From: Azolla caroliniana
Lineage: Eukaryota; Plantae; Polypodiophyta
Length of the DNA stretch: 64,000 bases
Direction: 5' to 3'
NCBI GenBank assembly: GCA_043228905.1
Contig: JBHGNT010000009.1
Coordinates: 1-64,000 of the forward strand
Under the pieces are notes generated by a model. It was not told where the DNA came from. It made no database searches and worked only from the letters and a program-made list of their open reading frames with translations. The translations under genes were made by a program, and so were the position numbers. Of the stretch, positions 1 to 13,218 are shown in pieces (positions within the stretch are counted from its first letter, which is position 1; each line of letters starts with the position of its first letter).

Positions 1-1711
1 CATGTTCATTAAGCAAGGCATTTCTCCAAGACACCATACCATCTCTTTCTCTTCCTCAGACTTTCTTTTTAACAAGGTGATGTAAAAACCCAACCAACAC
101 CATTGAGTTCCTAGGTGCATGGAGTTAGGAAATGATGTAAAACATGAACACATTACAACCATTCCATCTCAACTCCAACAAATCTAACCCACCCCCGTCA
201 CATTTTTTTGTACCGCCGGAATCTTACATGATATGGGTGGAGCTTTCTAGAATAATCTACAAAACTATATGAGACTTTGATTGTTATTTTGTGTTTTGGG
301 ATTTAGAAGGGGCGACAAGATGGTTATATGTGATAAATGTTTTGGGGGCATTCTATTAGAATGCCACAACAAAGAGTCTATGGTTGAGCATGAACGTTGC
401 ATGTACATTAAGATATTCGAGGGATGCGAACATGGTGTGTGTGTGTGTGTATGGCGCATGGGTTGTTACAAAAAATCAAATCTACGAGTGACTTTGAATG
501 GTAATATAGACATTTTGCTCTATATCAACCTTGCATCAACTCTAATTATGGATATGGACGTATCTCTCACATCTAAGAATGTGTAAGCTTGGAATCTTGG
601 ATTGTACACAACCAAGGAATGTACCATGCACAACAACGTAAAATTATTAAATAATTTTCAACTCATGAAGGAATCAAACCCTTCGGCCAATGTGTATATA
701 GGTATTTCAAATGTCTTAGTTTGAAAATAAATAAATTATTATGTAGTTTGGTACCTTCCTAGTTGTGGTTATCAGTTGAGGCAACATAAGATGTAAACAT
801 TAATAGGAGAGAAAAATCTATACCTCTCTTTTCGACAAAATTTACAAGTTTGGTTTATAATTTGTTATCTTGTTAACATGAAACTATAAAAGATGAATTA
901 GAAAAGCAAACAATAGAAGTCACAACGTTGATAAAAATGGCACAAAGCAAATAATTTTATTCTTCAAATGTTTGTGAAAAACATTACTCTTGCATTTTTT
1001 ATTGCCATTATTGGTCTTCTCGTTAGGTCTAGAGATAAGAGATGCAATGTAATGTACATCTTTAATGCTCTGATCAATTTTTCGTTACAATTGATGTAAC
1101 CACATATGGATTCACAATGAATAATCCATAGAGACACTTGTAATATTATAATTATGGGTATATTGCAAGAGGACCATATTATTCAGCATGCATATGCATT
1201 TTATATTTATAGCTTCACAACTTTACATCAGGGTTCATTTGTCTCGGAGTTAAAGTTGCGCTCTTTTCTTTTAGGTTTTTAGAAGTTGCTTTCGAAGAAA
1301 GATTTGCGCAGGACATTAAAATGATAGGATGAAAGTCCATTCCTACTTGAAAGATAAGGTTATAAAGTTGCAAGAGGTTCTTGTTTTAGCAAAAGAGAGA
1401 AAAGTCACAAAATTAAAGATTGGGCAGTGTGCATGAACTAAATCGCTAAATGACCTAAATCATGCCACGAATATTTATATCTATCTATCTATCTATCTAT
1501 CTTAACTAAGGATGTGAAACTTGGATCCCACCTCCACACATCTCTATTGCTCAAATGCCCTCAGATTCACTATGCTTGGATCCAATTAGTTGCTCAAAGG
1601 AGGTCATCCATAGGTCCAACTTGTTGTAGTTGTACATCTCTTTCACCCACATGCACATAATTCAATACTCTCATTGACTAACTTGTGTGAGAGAACTACA
1701 AAATCATGCAT

Positions 1712-1818
1712 GGGCTTTAAGCTACCATGAGACATGCCGATCAACAAAGTAAAATACTTCAACTTGTTGTAGGGCTTTAAGCTACTATGACACATGCCAA
1801 TCAACAAAATAAAATACT
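1712..1818. repeat. Short direct duplication (two ~47-bp copies, 60-bp period)
   Basis: gggctttaagctaccatgagacatgccgatcaacaaagtaaaatact (1712-1758) vs gggctttaagctactatgacacatgccaatcaacaaaataaaatact (1772-1818). Confidence 0.8.
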
Positions 1819-2877
1819 ATAACATTTCCAACTGTGAAGGAAACAAACCTTATTTACAATATATGTATATGGATATTAGAAGCTTAAATTGTAAAATAAA
1901 TAATTGTTATATCATAAAATGATATTTTCTAAGTTATGACAACTAATGAGACTATCCATATAAGAAGTGAACTCTGATATATAAGACAACAATCTACACC
2001 TTTCTTTCCAACCAAGTTACCCAAGTTGCAAGACATTTACATGAAACACTATAATGTATGAAGAATGAACAATAGAAAATATGGAACTATTCTACATACA
2101 CTTCCAAATCATGCTACAATGCAATCTTAGAACATCATTTGCCATTTTTTGCATGTGATACAACCAAGTCATGACCACTTCGGTTTGCTTAATCATAGTA
2201 GGTTTTTCCAAAAGAATTGTTCATATGATATGATATTTTGTATTGTGTTTGTGAAGCTTCAGGTTGATCTCATCAAGGAGAGTGGCTTATCAATTGCCAC
2301 GAGAGTAGTTTCATTAACTTGGAATGTTTTGACTAATTATCCACATTTTGCTCTAGAAAATAAGTTGGTATCCATCTTCCAAAATTTGTGTTCTTCGAGG
2401 TGAGTTGGGAATGCCATTATTGGGGAAAGGGGCACACTTATTCTTTGGTAGAAAGCAAATGGTGAAGAACGGGACATGCTCTTTGCTAGAGCACAAGTGT
2501 GTGAGGTGAGGTAAACATACCCTTTGCTACAATATGTGAGTGAGAAGTTAAGACATGATATTTGTCAGACTATTTGATGTAACAAAGTTTGGAGAAACTC
2601 TATGGGCATTTTTTGCAAAATTTGTTCATGTAACCCTAAGGCAAGAGGTGGACATGGTTGAGCATATGTAAGCATAAATGAAAATAAAAACATGGATTGT
2701 GTGGTTATACATAGTTGTGTGTCTGCATGCTATTATTTAAAAGAATAACCTTGGCTTCTCGGTGGGTTGACATGAGCCTCAAATGGAAGGAAGAGTAATG
2801 TTACTACCTATAAATTTAAATAATACAAATGTAATACTAAATAAACTTTGAATTTAGAGGATAAAGTATGTAAACAT

Positions 2878-2878
2878 A

Positions 2879-2935
<57 letters not shown>
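2878..2935. repeat. Compound (TG)n(AG)n microsatellite
   Basis: Directly visible dinucleotide runs. Confidence 0.95.
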
Positions 2936-2937
<2 letters not shown>

Positions 2938-3368
2938 CAAAGTCAAGAGTGATTACATGGAGCTAATATAAGCAACTCGTAATGTTATGAATGCTCTTCA
3001 TCTTGGCTCTTTGAACATTCTTCTTCTTCTTACTTTGGCTTTTTGTAGACAAGTTGGGGCCTTCTAAAGCTTCTCAATATCTACATCTTCAATACATAGC
3101 ATTATGTAGACTTATGTATATGCAAGCTTGTCTGAACAAATGCACTCATGAGGACATAAAAACATTACCCTGTACAAAGACAAAAAAAACATAATCCCTT
3201 ATGTGGGTATGTAAAAGATAATTGAAGCATATATTTTGGCATATTGTAAAAATATAAGCTTGTAACGTGCATATAAATACAAACATGTACTCATAAATAT
3301 ATGCCAACATCTAGGTACGAAAATTTAAGGCCCCATTTTGGTAAGACATGAAGAGCTATGGTCAGGTT

Positions 3369-3393
3369 GGGGGGGGGGGGGGGGGGGGGGGGG
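3369..3393 (+). repeat. Poly-G homopolymer (~25 nt)
   Basis: Directly visible G run. Confidence 0.9.
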
Positions 3394-5327
3394 AAGGTAT
3401 TTAGTAGTTCCAATGCAATCCCTGTACTTTTCGAAGATTTGTATACCATCATAGTAAAATATAAGAGTATAAGAGAATATAAGTAACACATCAACCAAGG
3501 GAATAGATTACAATAGAAGTCTAGTGAGCATTGACATACAAAAAAAAGTTATGTACTAAAGCACAATGTGAAAGCATTGTCTTCATCTAATGCCACCAAC
3601 AAAGTGCAAAACTCTTCATGACATCATGCACATTGTCAAGTTTGCTCAAGAACAATTATTTGCAACATTGACATTCCACAATACTAGCATTGAAGATGAT
3701 AAGTTTAACCTTTAAATGTAGTGCATATAAAACAGAGAACGTGAGAGTTCAAGGAATTGATTAGGAATAGGGAGAATACTAGCAAGTAAGAAGGTGACGA
3801 TGAAGAAGAGAGAGTGGAAGAGAAAGAGAAGAACAAGAGAGTTATCATCAAGATTAGAACTTTGAATTTGATTTTGTCTCAATCAAACATTCTACTAAAA
3901 AAGAAAAGAAAAGATCAATGTTATCTTTGGCACTAGCAATAATTTTAATACTAAATTGAATCATTTAAAACCTTGCCAATGTATACCACGGTCAATAAGT
4001 GTATTTTCCCTACTATCATCCAATTATGTTAGGATGTCCTCCCTTAATATTCTAATGCTATGTATAATGATTCTCCATGGAAATTCCACTTCACTAATTA
4101 GAATGCAACTAATTAGAATGCTAAAAACATTGTGAGACACTTCTATTGCAACAATAAATACATTTTACTCATTCTATTTAGAGTAATAATTACTCACAAT
4201 TAAGTTCCTTGTTAACTACATTTGCCATTCACTAAGTTTCAACAATGCATTGATGCTAAAGCACCGTGTGGAATAATTGCCTTTATACATCATACCTTAT
4301 ATTACTAGTCTTTGAAATTCTAAACTTTAAATATATAAAGATGATATTGTAATCATATAGCTTGCACTTTGCAGCATTAAATTCATTATTGAAATATTGT
4401 AGCAAAATGGATTAGGTCAGTTTGATTTCATAAACATTAGTATTTGGGGGTCCTAGAAAACGCTTTTATAACAGTAAATGGATTTGTTGTATTTTCCATG
4501 ATAGTCTTAGGGTAGCAAAGATGAGGATGTTCTAAGGGAAGGTTTGTTCACCTCGTCCAATTACTTCACGTTGAGTTCTTTTTTTGAAGTATAAGACTAC
4601 AAAAGTCATGATGATCTCGTGCATAAATGTTGTTTGCTTTCTTTGTCTTGGCAACAAGATCACAAACCACACGATTTGTTTTAGCCGCATTGTCAAGTTT
4701 CTGGACCACATAGTAGAACCAAGGACCACATATGCAATCGAGAAATGTCAAATTGGAGGTTCGTGGTCATATGATGGCCCTAAGTTATCATCTTGTGCAT
4801 ATGGAACATGTCAATATCATGTTGGGTAGGAAATCGAAATTGGATAAGGCCGTTTCTTAATTTAGAAGCATCATGCCAATAGTTTTGGATTTAACAATAA
4901 CATAACCCAAGTTATATTGAGTTAAATATTTCTATATTTTGATAATTCCACTATTTTTTAAGGTTAATTAATTGTATTAACAAAAGCACAATTGCATTAG
5001 GAATGAGTAATGTTTCACATAAAAGACAATGATCAAAATACTTCCTTGGATTCTGGAAAAAAACACTTACTTTTACTCTATTTCAAATGCTCTTGCACAC
5101 ATATACAACATTAACAAAAATTAGGTTAAAACTTGAAATTTTTTACATTTGAGAAGTATCCTTTTTTTAAAGCGCCCAAAATTAACATGAAGTATGTGAA
5201 CTCATAAACAAATATTTTAACTAATGATATACTTACACCCAAAAGTGTGCACATATTTTTAGAGATTATTTTCAATATACACAAAGGTCAAAATAACAAC
5301 TCTCTTTGTTCTTGGAGAATTAAGTCT

Positions 5328-5536
5328 TCTCAAGTCAAATTTATAGTTGAATGTATCAATTTGATGCAATCGATTGAATCTCATTAATTTACCGTTCATC
5401 ACTAAGGAGGTCTAGCGTCAACTATCTCAAGTCAAAATCATAGTTGAAAACTTGAATGTATCAATTTGATGCAATCGGTTGAATCTCACTTATTTATTGT
5501 TCGTCACAAAGGAACCCTAGCGTCAACTATCTCAAG
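5328..5536. repeat. ~100-bp tandem duplication (2.1 copies)
   Basis: Unit tctcaagtcaaa...tgaatgtatcaatttgatgcaatcg.ttgaatctca...tagcgtcaacta starts at 5328 and 5425; a third tctcaag occurs at 5530. Confidence 0.85.
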
Positions 5537-7183
5537 AACATGTTTTCCTCAAAAGCATTCGTAGAGTGCAATGCAAAAATAATGGACATTAATCATTACA
5601 ATCATTGAATTGTTCTCTATGTTTATCGCCTTGGAAATCGTGAATGGACATCATCATTAGCCAAGGACCAAGGTAACCACCATGGATTCTACATTGATTT
5701 CCTATACATCTCCACTTTGTTTGTTCTTCATTAGCATCAATAGCTTGGAAGAGCCAAGGACAAGCAAATATATCCATCGTCAAACCATGAGAGACACATC
5801 TCTTTTCGAATGAGGTAGGCATGGTCAACAGGTTGCATTCCTAATACATGTATGCACATTCAAGGTTGTAGGTTTACATTTTAACGACAAGGATACATAT
5901 TGGGGATCTTATTATTCTTTGAGCAATGGACCTAGAAACTTGGGACATAATTTGCAACTTATCCCACGTTGCCACCTCTGCCTCGTGGTAGTTACGTGGA
6001 TCAGATATTCTTCATTCATTTATGAGCTTTCTCATTTCCCCTCTTCAAGATAGTAACCTACTACATATAGGAGGCATTTGTTTGTTATGAAAACGAAATA
6101 AAACAAAATCACAAGGTGGTGCAATCAATTTATTAAAAACCATAAAGGATTACCTAGTACCACGGGTGAATTCGGGTCTCTAGTGGAGGTGAATCGATAA
6201 TGGGAAGTCATGAAACCAATGTTTAGGCGAGAAGGGGAACATGGGTAGTAGGGAGGAGGAGTTAATTCCATGGCAGGAGACATGTATGCCTTCCAAGGTA
6301 ATGTGCACCCACTCATCAAAATAAATGTTGGGATTAAGAAAGCCAGAAAAGGGCAGGATTTCATTCATTAAAGGGTGGTCATCATCTCACGTGTGTGTGT
6401 GTGTGTGTGCGCTCTTTACAAATTCAATTCGATTCCACGGGCCAACACCAGCCAACCAACAAAAGAAGACAAACCAGAGTGTGAGTGTACTCTCTTCTTC
6501 TTCTTCTTTTTTATGACACAAGAAAGAAAGAAAAAGCAGCAGCAGCAATTATTGATCAGAAAAAGCATTCTGTAAGGTTTTATGTGTGAGAGATTTGTGT
6601 GTGTTCCCAAGGTTCACTATGCATACAGCGAATTTTTGGAAAGATAAACTGCTTTTCAATAGCCCCCCCCTTTTTAGGCCCAACATCCAATTGGCACACT
6701 CTTCACTACATAATATTTATGCTACACAAGTAGACTTTATTTTTTTGAGGAGGCTCCCTGGGACAATTTAAGCACCTCCACATTGGGACACTTATTAGCA
6801 CCCTACTTTTAACCACCCATAAATACGATTGAGATCCAATCTTATTGATTCATTATGGTACCAAATCTCAATCCTATACAATTTGTCTCTACATAGCCCC
6901 AGCTTCAACTCACTAACCACCACCAGTTGAGTTAGGCTATGATCGAATACAACTCAATTTGTCAAAACTTGGTGATCGGAAATGAGGTGCTATACTGTTA
7001 TACCATGTATGAGTTATAAAAGTGATGAATCCACAAAGCATTAAGAAACCCATCAACATTACTACTACTACTTCCTCATTGAGTCCAACGAAATAAAAAC
7101 AAGGAAGAGAGGGAGCTTAGCTCATATGAGATATATAATCATATTTGTTATAAAAGTTGGAGATCCTTGCTTTGCTTCTAGCC

Positions 7184-10100
7184 ATGGCTACATCTTTTTA
7201 CCTTCTTCTTATTATACTTAATCTCATCACTTACAACATACCACATATTGATGGAGCTCAACCTCAAAATACTAACATTATTACTAATCACACAAATTCC
7301 CTAGAGATAGAAGCCCTATTATCTTTCAAGCACAACCTAGAGCAAGGTGATGATGCTCTTCCAGATTGGGTGGAGATTAGCAGCAATAATCAATCAGTAG
7401 TGTGCACATGGACAGGTGTGAAATGCTCGCGCCAATCACCTTCCTCCTCTTCCATGGTGGTTACCTCTCTCCAACTCAATGGCAAGAATCTCAAAGGCCC
7501 TCTTTCACACAATTTCGCATTCGGTCTACCGCACTTGGTTGTCCTGGATTTGAGCTCCAACCTATTGTATGGCCCCATTCCCGACACTCTCGGAAACCTC
7601 CACAACATTAAGATGCTCAATATGGCTGACAACCAGTTCAATGGATCCATACCCTCAGCTCTTGGGAATTGCACACATTTGACCACTCTCTTGCTCTCCT
7701 TCAATGCTCTCTCAGGGCTCATCCCAGCATCATTTGCAAACCTTGGAGGCTCAATTGTTGCATTCTCAGCTGAGGGAAATCTACTCTCTGGACCAATCCC
7801 AGAATGGATTGGAACATGGGGCCTTGTCGACACCATCCTCCTCGGGGGTAACCGATTCACAGGACAACTTATCCCGCACATTGGCAACTGTTCCTCGCTA
7901 ACGACCTTATCCCTCGAAGAAAACCAACTCATCGGTCCTGTTCCTCCTGAACTTTGCAATGCTAGAGGTCTTCAAGCCTTGTATCTACAAAGCAATCACT
8001 TCATGGGTACCTTGGATAATGCCTTCCAAGAGTGTACAAATCTCACGGAGATACACCTGAATGACAACCAGATATATGGGGTTATACCATCTTACTTAGG
8101 GAATCTTCCCCTTGTCACTGTCGAGCTAGCCGGGAACAATATCACTGGGACCATACCACACGAGATTTGGAATTTGAGCTCTTTGCTCGGATTCGATGCC
8201 AGTGAAAACTTTATCGTTGGTGGCCTCTTAGGATTCACAAATGCTTACAATAACACATCTCTTCAACACCTAGGTTTAAGTTTCAACCAACTATCAGGAC
8301 CGATCCCTGACTCGGTCGGGGCGCTCACCAACTTACAAGTATTATTCCTGAATGGGAACAATCTAGAAGGTCCTATCCCTGTCGAGCTTTTCAAGTCATG
8401 CACGCAGCTCACCACGCTCAACCTTGGGTCAAACAATCTGTCTGGATCAATCCCCGAAGACATTGGGAAGCTCGTGAACCTAGAATGCCTTGCCCTCTCG
8501 CACAATCATCTCTCCGGGTCCATCCCATCGTCCATTGGGCTCGTGCTTCGGCAAGCATCCATCCCGACATCGAGCTATGTCCAACACCATGGCTACTTCG
8601 ACATGTCTTGGAATGAGCTATCCGGAAACATCCCAGAGTCGATCGGAGAATGCTCCATCCTCGTCGAGCTTCATTTGAACGGAAATCATCTCTCAGGAGC
8701 GATTCCTGGACAAATCTCACGCCTCGCCAATCTCACCAACATAGACCTTTCCTGTAACAACCTCAGGGGATCTATCCCATCCGAGCTCGGAGAACTCACA
8801 AAGCTCCAAGGCCTAAACCTGGGTTTCAACCAACTCACGGATCAAATTCCTGCAGAGCTGGGCCTGTTAAGGAGCTTGGTCAGGATGAATCTAACAAGCA
8901 ACAACCTGGTTGGAACTCTACCGCATGAGCTAGGGAAACTAGAATCTCTGCAACAACTAGACCTCAGCCGAAATGGGATCTCAGGGGAGATACCTCCCGG
9001 ATGGGCGGTGCAAATGTCCGCCCTAATCGAGGCCCATCTTCAAGAAAACAAACTTGAAGGGAGCCTAGCCAATTTCTTCATGAATCTTAGCTCGGGCCAT
9101 TCATGGGCAGAACTAGGATTACTTAACCTTAGCCACAACTCATTGGGCGGACACATCCCTACCGAGTTCGGATTAACTGTAAGTGGCTTGGCATACCTCG
9201 ACCTTCACCACAACAAGTTTAACGGAAACTTGCCAGCCACCATTTCACACCTATCTCAACTCGTGTATCTTGATGTGTCACAAAACGATCTAAGCGGCCC
9301 TATACCATATGATTTATGCCACCTGGCAGGGCTACGATACTTGGATGCATCAAACAATGATCTTGTGGGTGAGGTTCCACACATGGGCATTTGCAAAGGC
9401 TATTTCAAGGAAGAGTCTTTTCAAGGAAATGAGGGTCTATGTGGGAACCTAATGAATGTGGGGTGTGATCATAACAAGGTCTCTAGTGCTTTTTCCTTGG
9501 GTAACTCTAGAGGAACCATAGTTGGTATCATGCTAGGGAGCACCATAGCTATTCTTTGTTTGCTCTTTGTGTTGGTTAGGAGATGGAAGACTATGAACAA
9601 CATTGCCATACAGGTTGCATCCTCGTGTGATCATCACGAGGAAGAGGCAATGTCGATGATGATGAAAATGAAGCTTGGTCATAACATCACTTTAAATACC
9701 AAAACACCTATAATTTCTATCAACGAACCATTGAGCATCAACATCGCAATGTTCGAAAGGCCTGAGTTGCTAAGATTAAGCTTAGTTGACATTTGCCACA
9801 TCACTGACAACTTTGCTAGTGTGAATGTGATTGGTGCAGGCGGCTTTGGTACGGTGTATAAAGGAATGCTCCCTGATGGACGGGTCGTGGCTGTAAAGAA
9901 GCTATTGGCCAACTCGTCATCTCTTAAGCAAGGAAATCGTGAGTTTGTAGCTGAGATGGAAACATTGGGAAAGGTAAAGCACCGAAACCTTGTATCCCTA
10001 CTTGGCTATTGCTCGGCTGGACCCGATGAAAAGCTCCTTGTTTATGACTACATGCCCAATGGTAGCTTAGACATGTGGCTTAGGAACAACAAAACCTTGG

Positions 10101-10702
10101 CCTCTAGTGAGACTAACATCTTATCATTGGAATGGAGCAAAAGGTGGACCATAGCTTTAGGGACTGCTCAAGGACTAGCTTTTCTGCACCATGGTTGTAT
10201 TCCCCATGTCATCCATCGAGATGTGAAGGCAAGCAATATTTTGCTCGACTCAAGTTTTGAACCCAAGGTGTCAGATTTCGGGCTCGCTCGACTTATGTGT
10301 GCATGTGACACACATGTGAGCACTGGCATTGCTGGGACATTTGGTTACATACCACCTGAATATGGACAAAGTTGGAAGGTGACATTGAAAGGAGATGTGT
10401 ATAGCTATGGTGTCATATTGTTTGAGCTTCTAACTGGTAAAGCGCCCACTGGCTCTGAGTTCAAAGAAGCAGAAGGAGGGAACTTGGTAGGTTGGGTTAA
10501 GAAGCAAATGATGGCGAAGAAGGAGATTATTAATTCTTTGGATGCAATTATTGACCCTAGCATTAGGGGTAAGTGTCCTATTAACGTCTCTTGGAAACTT
10601 CTTCAACTTGCAACTCTTTGTACCTCTGAGGTTCCTCTTAATAGGCCAAGCATGCTCCAAGTTGTTAAATACCTAAAGCACCTTGAGAACTTGGGTATTT
10701 AA
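7184..10702 (+). CDS. EMS1: Intronless LRR receptor-like kinase, LRR-X EMS1/EXS type (~1172 aa)
   Basis: First ATG at 7184 (the ORF track starts at an upstream TTG). Signal peptide, LRRNT (LPDW...CTWTGVKC), many LxxLxLxxNxLxGxIP repeats, EMS1-type island RQASIPTSSYVQHHGYFDMSWNELSG, GNEGLCG cap, TM helix, EPLSINIAMFERP juxtamembrane motif, and a kinase domain with GAGGFGTVYKG, VAVKKL, HRDVKASN, DFGLAR and GTFGYIPPEY. Confidence 0.9.
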   Translation: MATSFYLLLIILNLITYNIPHIDGAQPQNTNIITNHTNSLEIEALLSFKHNLEQGDDALPDWVEISSNNQSVVCTWTGVKCSRQSPSSSSMVVTSLQLNGKNLKGPLSHNFAFGLPHLVVLDLSSNLLYGPIPDTLGNLHNIKMLNMADNQFNGSIPSALGNCTHLTTLLLSFNALSGLIPASFANLGGSIVAFSAEGNLLSGPIPEWIGTWGLVDTILLGGNRFTGQLIPHIGNCSSLTTLSLEENQLIGPVPPELCNARGLQALYLQSNHFMGTLDNAFQECTNLTEIHLNDNQIYGVIPSYLGNLPLVTVELAGNNITGTIPHEIWNLSSLLGFDASENFIVGGLLGFTNAYNNTSLQHLGLSFNQLSGPIPDSVGALTNLQVLFLNGNNLEGPIPVELFKSCTQLTTLNLGSNNLSGSIPEDIGKLVNLECLALSHNHLSGSIPSSIGLVLRQASIPTSSYVQHHGYFDMSWNELSGNIPESIGECSILVELHLNGNHLSGAIPGQISRLANLTNIDLSCNNLRGSIPSELGELTKLQGLNLGFNQLTDQIPAELGLLRSLVRMNLTSNNLVGTLPHELGKLESLQQLDLSRNGISGEIPPGWAVQMSALIEAHLQENKLEGSLANFFMNLSSGHSWAELGLLNLSHNSLGGHIPTEFGLTVSGLAYLDLHHNKFNGNLPATISHLSQLVYLDVSQNDLSGPIPYDLCHLAGLRYLDASNNDLVGEVPHMGICKGYFKEESFQGNEGLCGNLMNVGCDHNKVSSAFSLGNSRGTIVGIMLGSTIAILCLLFVLVRRWKTMNNIAIQVASSCDHHEEEAMSMMMKMKLGHNITLNTKTPIISINEPLSINIAMFERPELLRLSLVDICHITDNFASVNVIGAGGFGTVYKGMLPDGRVVAVKKLLANSSSLKQGNREFVAEMETLGKVKHRNLVSLLGYCSAGPDEKLLVYDYMPNGSLDMWLRNNKTLASSETNILSLEWSKRWTIALGTAQGLAFLHHGCIPHVIHRDVKASNILLDSSFEPKVSDFGLARLMCACDTHVSTGIAGTFGYIPPEYGQSWKVTLKGDVYSYGVILFELLTGKAPTGSEFKEAEGGNLVGWVKKQMMAKKEIINSLDAIIDPSIRGKCPINVSWKLLQLATLCTSEVPLNRPSMLQVVKYLKHLENLGI

Positions 10703-11693
10703 ATGGTTTCCCTACGGAACATAATTATCCAAAGCTCAAAGAACATCATCGCGAGTTGATAAGCTCAAATTTGTATTCCATGACTTTCTTCATGAGTTAA
10801 TGAAACCTAATTGAGGATCATAAAACGCAATCCAAAGTTTGAATGCATGACCTAATGTGATTCTTAGGTCTCGGATTATAACTTGGAAAATTATTTATGA
10901 ATGAGAATGGTCTTCCATATTGTTGACTCCACTATAATATTATTACCACAATTCCAAATTGTTTGCAAACCAATGTAATTCAATCATTTAGACACCAGCC
11001 ACAATTCAACAATCATAATTTCTCATTGTTATTCAATGTGTCTTATTGTATATGAAATAAGTAGCTTGAGTCAATAGCTCGTAAAGGATATTATTAAATA
11101 TTATCCTATCTTCTTTAAGTCATAAGTTCCAACTACTGACTTACAAATTTTCTCAATGTGCATCTATGGGTTTCTTGTTGTTCCAATATCTCATTTACAT
11201 CTATGCATTGTGAGACTTTCTTCAAAGGGAAACATAACTTGTACATATGTGCATGCTTTTCTACCAACCCTAATCCTTGGAATACACGCCAAGCATAATA
11301 TTAATCAATATGTTTATGTAGATGAGGAATAGTATTGATTAATATGTTATTATGGCATCCAGATAGGGTCATACATCCATGGCCATTTTTTCCATTTTTA
11401 GCATGAAATGTTGTATTTTTTAATGTCAATTTGATTTTAAGATGCCATCGTTGAAGAGTAACATACATATAGGATTACTTTTCATTTCAAAGATTATATT
11501 TATTTGATCTACTTCAAAAAGTAATGACTATGTACTATTATATACACAAATTATTAACGAATAATTAATCGCCAAGAGAAAGCGAGAGCCTATTCAATTA
11601 GTTTAACTACATATATGTATAATTGGGCCGCAACAAACACATGCAATCAAACATCTCCCCTTTCTCTATCTAACTCTCATCTTAAGAAGTTGC

Positions 11694-11699
<6 letters not shown>

Positions 11700-11734
<35 letters not shown>
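11700..11734. repeat. (GA)n microsatellite
   Basis: Directly visible. Confidence 0.95.
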
Positions 11735-11737
<3 letters not shown>

Positions 11738-13139
11738 ATGTTTTGGTTCGAATTTATGATCACTTGTTACTTAGGTCACCCCATCATATAAAATTTTGCA
11801 TGATGCTACCTTTATGTATAATTTTAATATTTGTGATACTTTCTTAGTGAAGGATACTTCTAATGTAACGATGTGAAAATGAAGGGCATATATTATATTT
11901 TGACGTAAAATAAAACAAATTTGCAAATGAAAATTGCAAGAAATAGTACGTATAAAGGGCGGGTGTGACCATCGAAGTACAACCATATCCATACTTCGTT
12001 GTACCTTCTTAGAAAGATGGAATATATTGTTTGTCTCTTTTGTTGGAGAAGGTGGAGGTAAGTTAATCTTCAAAAGGTATGGACCATGTAGCTCGCTTAA
12101 CATACCGATTAAGGATGACTTGAATATAGAGTCACCTAGTAGCCCCAGAATGTACCATTAGTATAGTAAATTAAGTTTTTGTGAAAATTAATGGGCATGT
12201 TGTAACACAACCCCCCATGATGCTTATACCATTAAAAAATTCAAGTTCTTTGATCACGTTAAAATTTTTAAATGGTTCTATTTGTAAAGGAATTATAAAC
12301 CAAAGGTCATGAATGTGCATGCAACCTACAATTACCCAGAAGCTAACATATGATGTGTAACATTAAAAGTAATATGTTATTGCAGATGAGGAATGGTAGC
12401 ACCACTCCGAGCCCATACTCCTTTGTACCTTCTTGGAAGATGGAAGATATTGTCATTATCCCGTATCAACTATGGCATTGTTTCCAAGTAGCGTACAATG
12501 AGACATATTAACTTATTCTTGTTTTGCAATCCACTATTTCAGAATTCAAGCTTGAGATCATGTACTTTTCAAGAAAAAAGTTATGTACAATAGTGGGAAT
12601 ATTGTTTTTTAGATTTTAGTTTAAGAGCATTGGAGTGACCACTAAAGATGTATGTATATCTGAAATCCACACTAAAGCTTTGTAAAATTGGGTACTTCAT
12701 TTGGGGGAAAATGTATTCCATATTCAAGAGTGCATCATTTACAAATTTACAATACCATATTTGGTGAAGCCCAATATTATAACTCAATGATGTGCAAAAG
12801 ATAAACCCCATGCTGGATTGTCCACTATTAGTTCCTGATTGTGATCAAAACCTAAAGAACATCATTGATGTAGCTATTAGGGTTAGCAAATTAAAATGAC
12901 CAAGTCACACACATGAAGAGAGTTGGATTCAATAGTGTGAGCATTTACTTGATTCTCACTGTTCACTGAAAATGAAACTAGGAATAAGAGTTATTTTCTT
13001 CGAAAGAACTTCTAATCTTAGATCTACCTTACCTAGGATCATACTAACATCATCATCTAGTGACCTAGTAGCTTTTCTTTATATTTAGTCAATGAAGATG
13101 TTTGATGTTTATGTATCACTTCACAATACATACTATGTC

Positions 13140-13143
13140 CTCT

Positions 13144-13215
<72 letters not shown>
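13140..13215. repeat. Compound (CT)n(CA)n microsatellite
   Basis: Directly visible. Confidence 0.95.

Positions 13216-13218
<3 letters not shown>

Noticed and set aside
4532-4829. VKFLDHIV resembles the RT motif VKFLGHIV
   Set aside because: Isolated match with no flanking RT motifs.
6470-6610. Possible miR156/529-like hairpin
   Set aside because: Only low-complexity GA/CT similarity; no extended fold-back or mature-sequence match.
7157-7183. TTG start for the receptor kinase given by the ORF track
   Set aside because: Eukaryotic gene; the in-frame ATG at 7184 in a gccATGg context precedes the signal peptide.
7390-8720. Antisense and alternative-frame ORFs within the kinase gene (likewise within ECA and the pol genes)
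   Set aside because: Shadow ORFs of real coding sequence with no independent motifs.
11985-12455. Dispersed ~40-bp repeat pair (~11990 and ~12414)
   Set aside because: Probably relics of an old repeat; cannot be classified from sequence alone.
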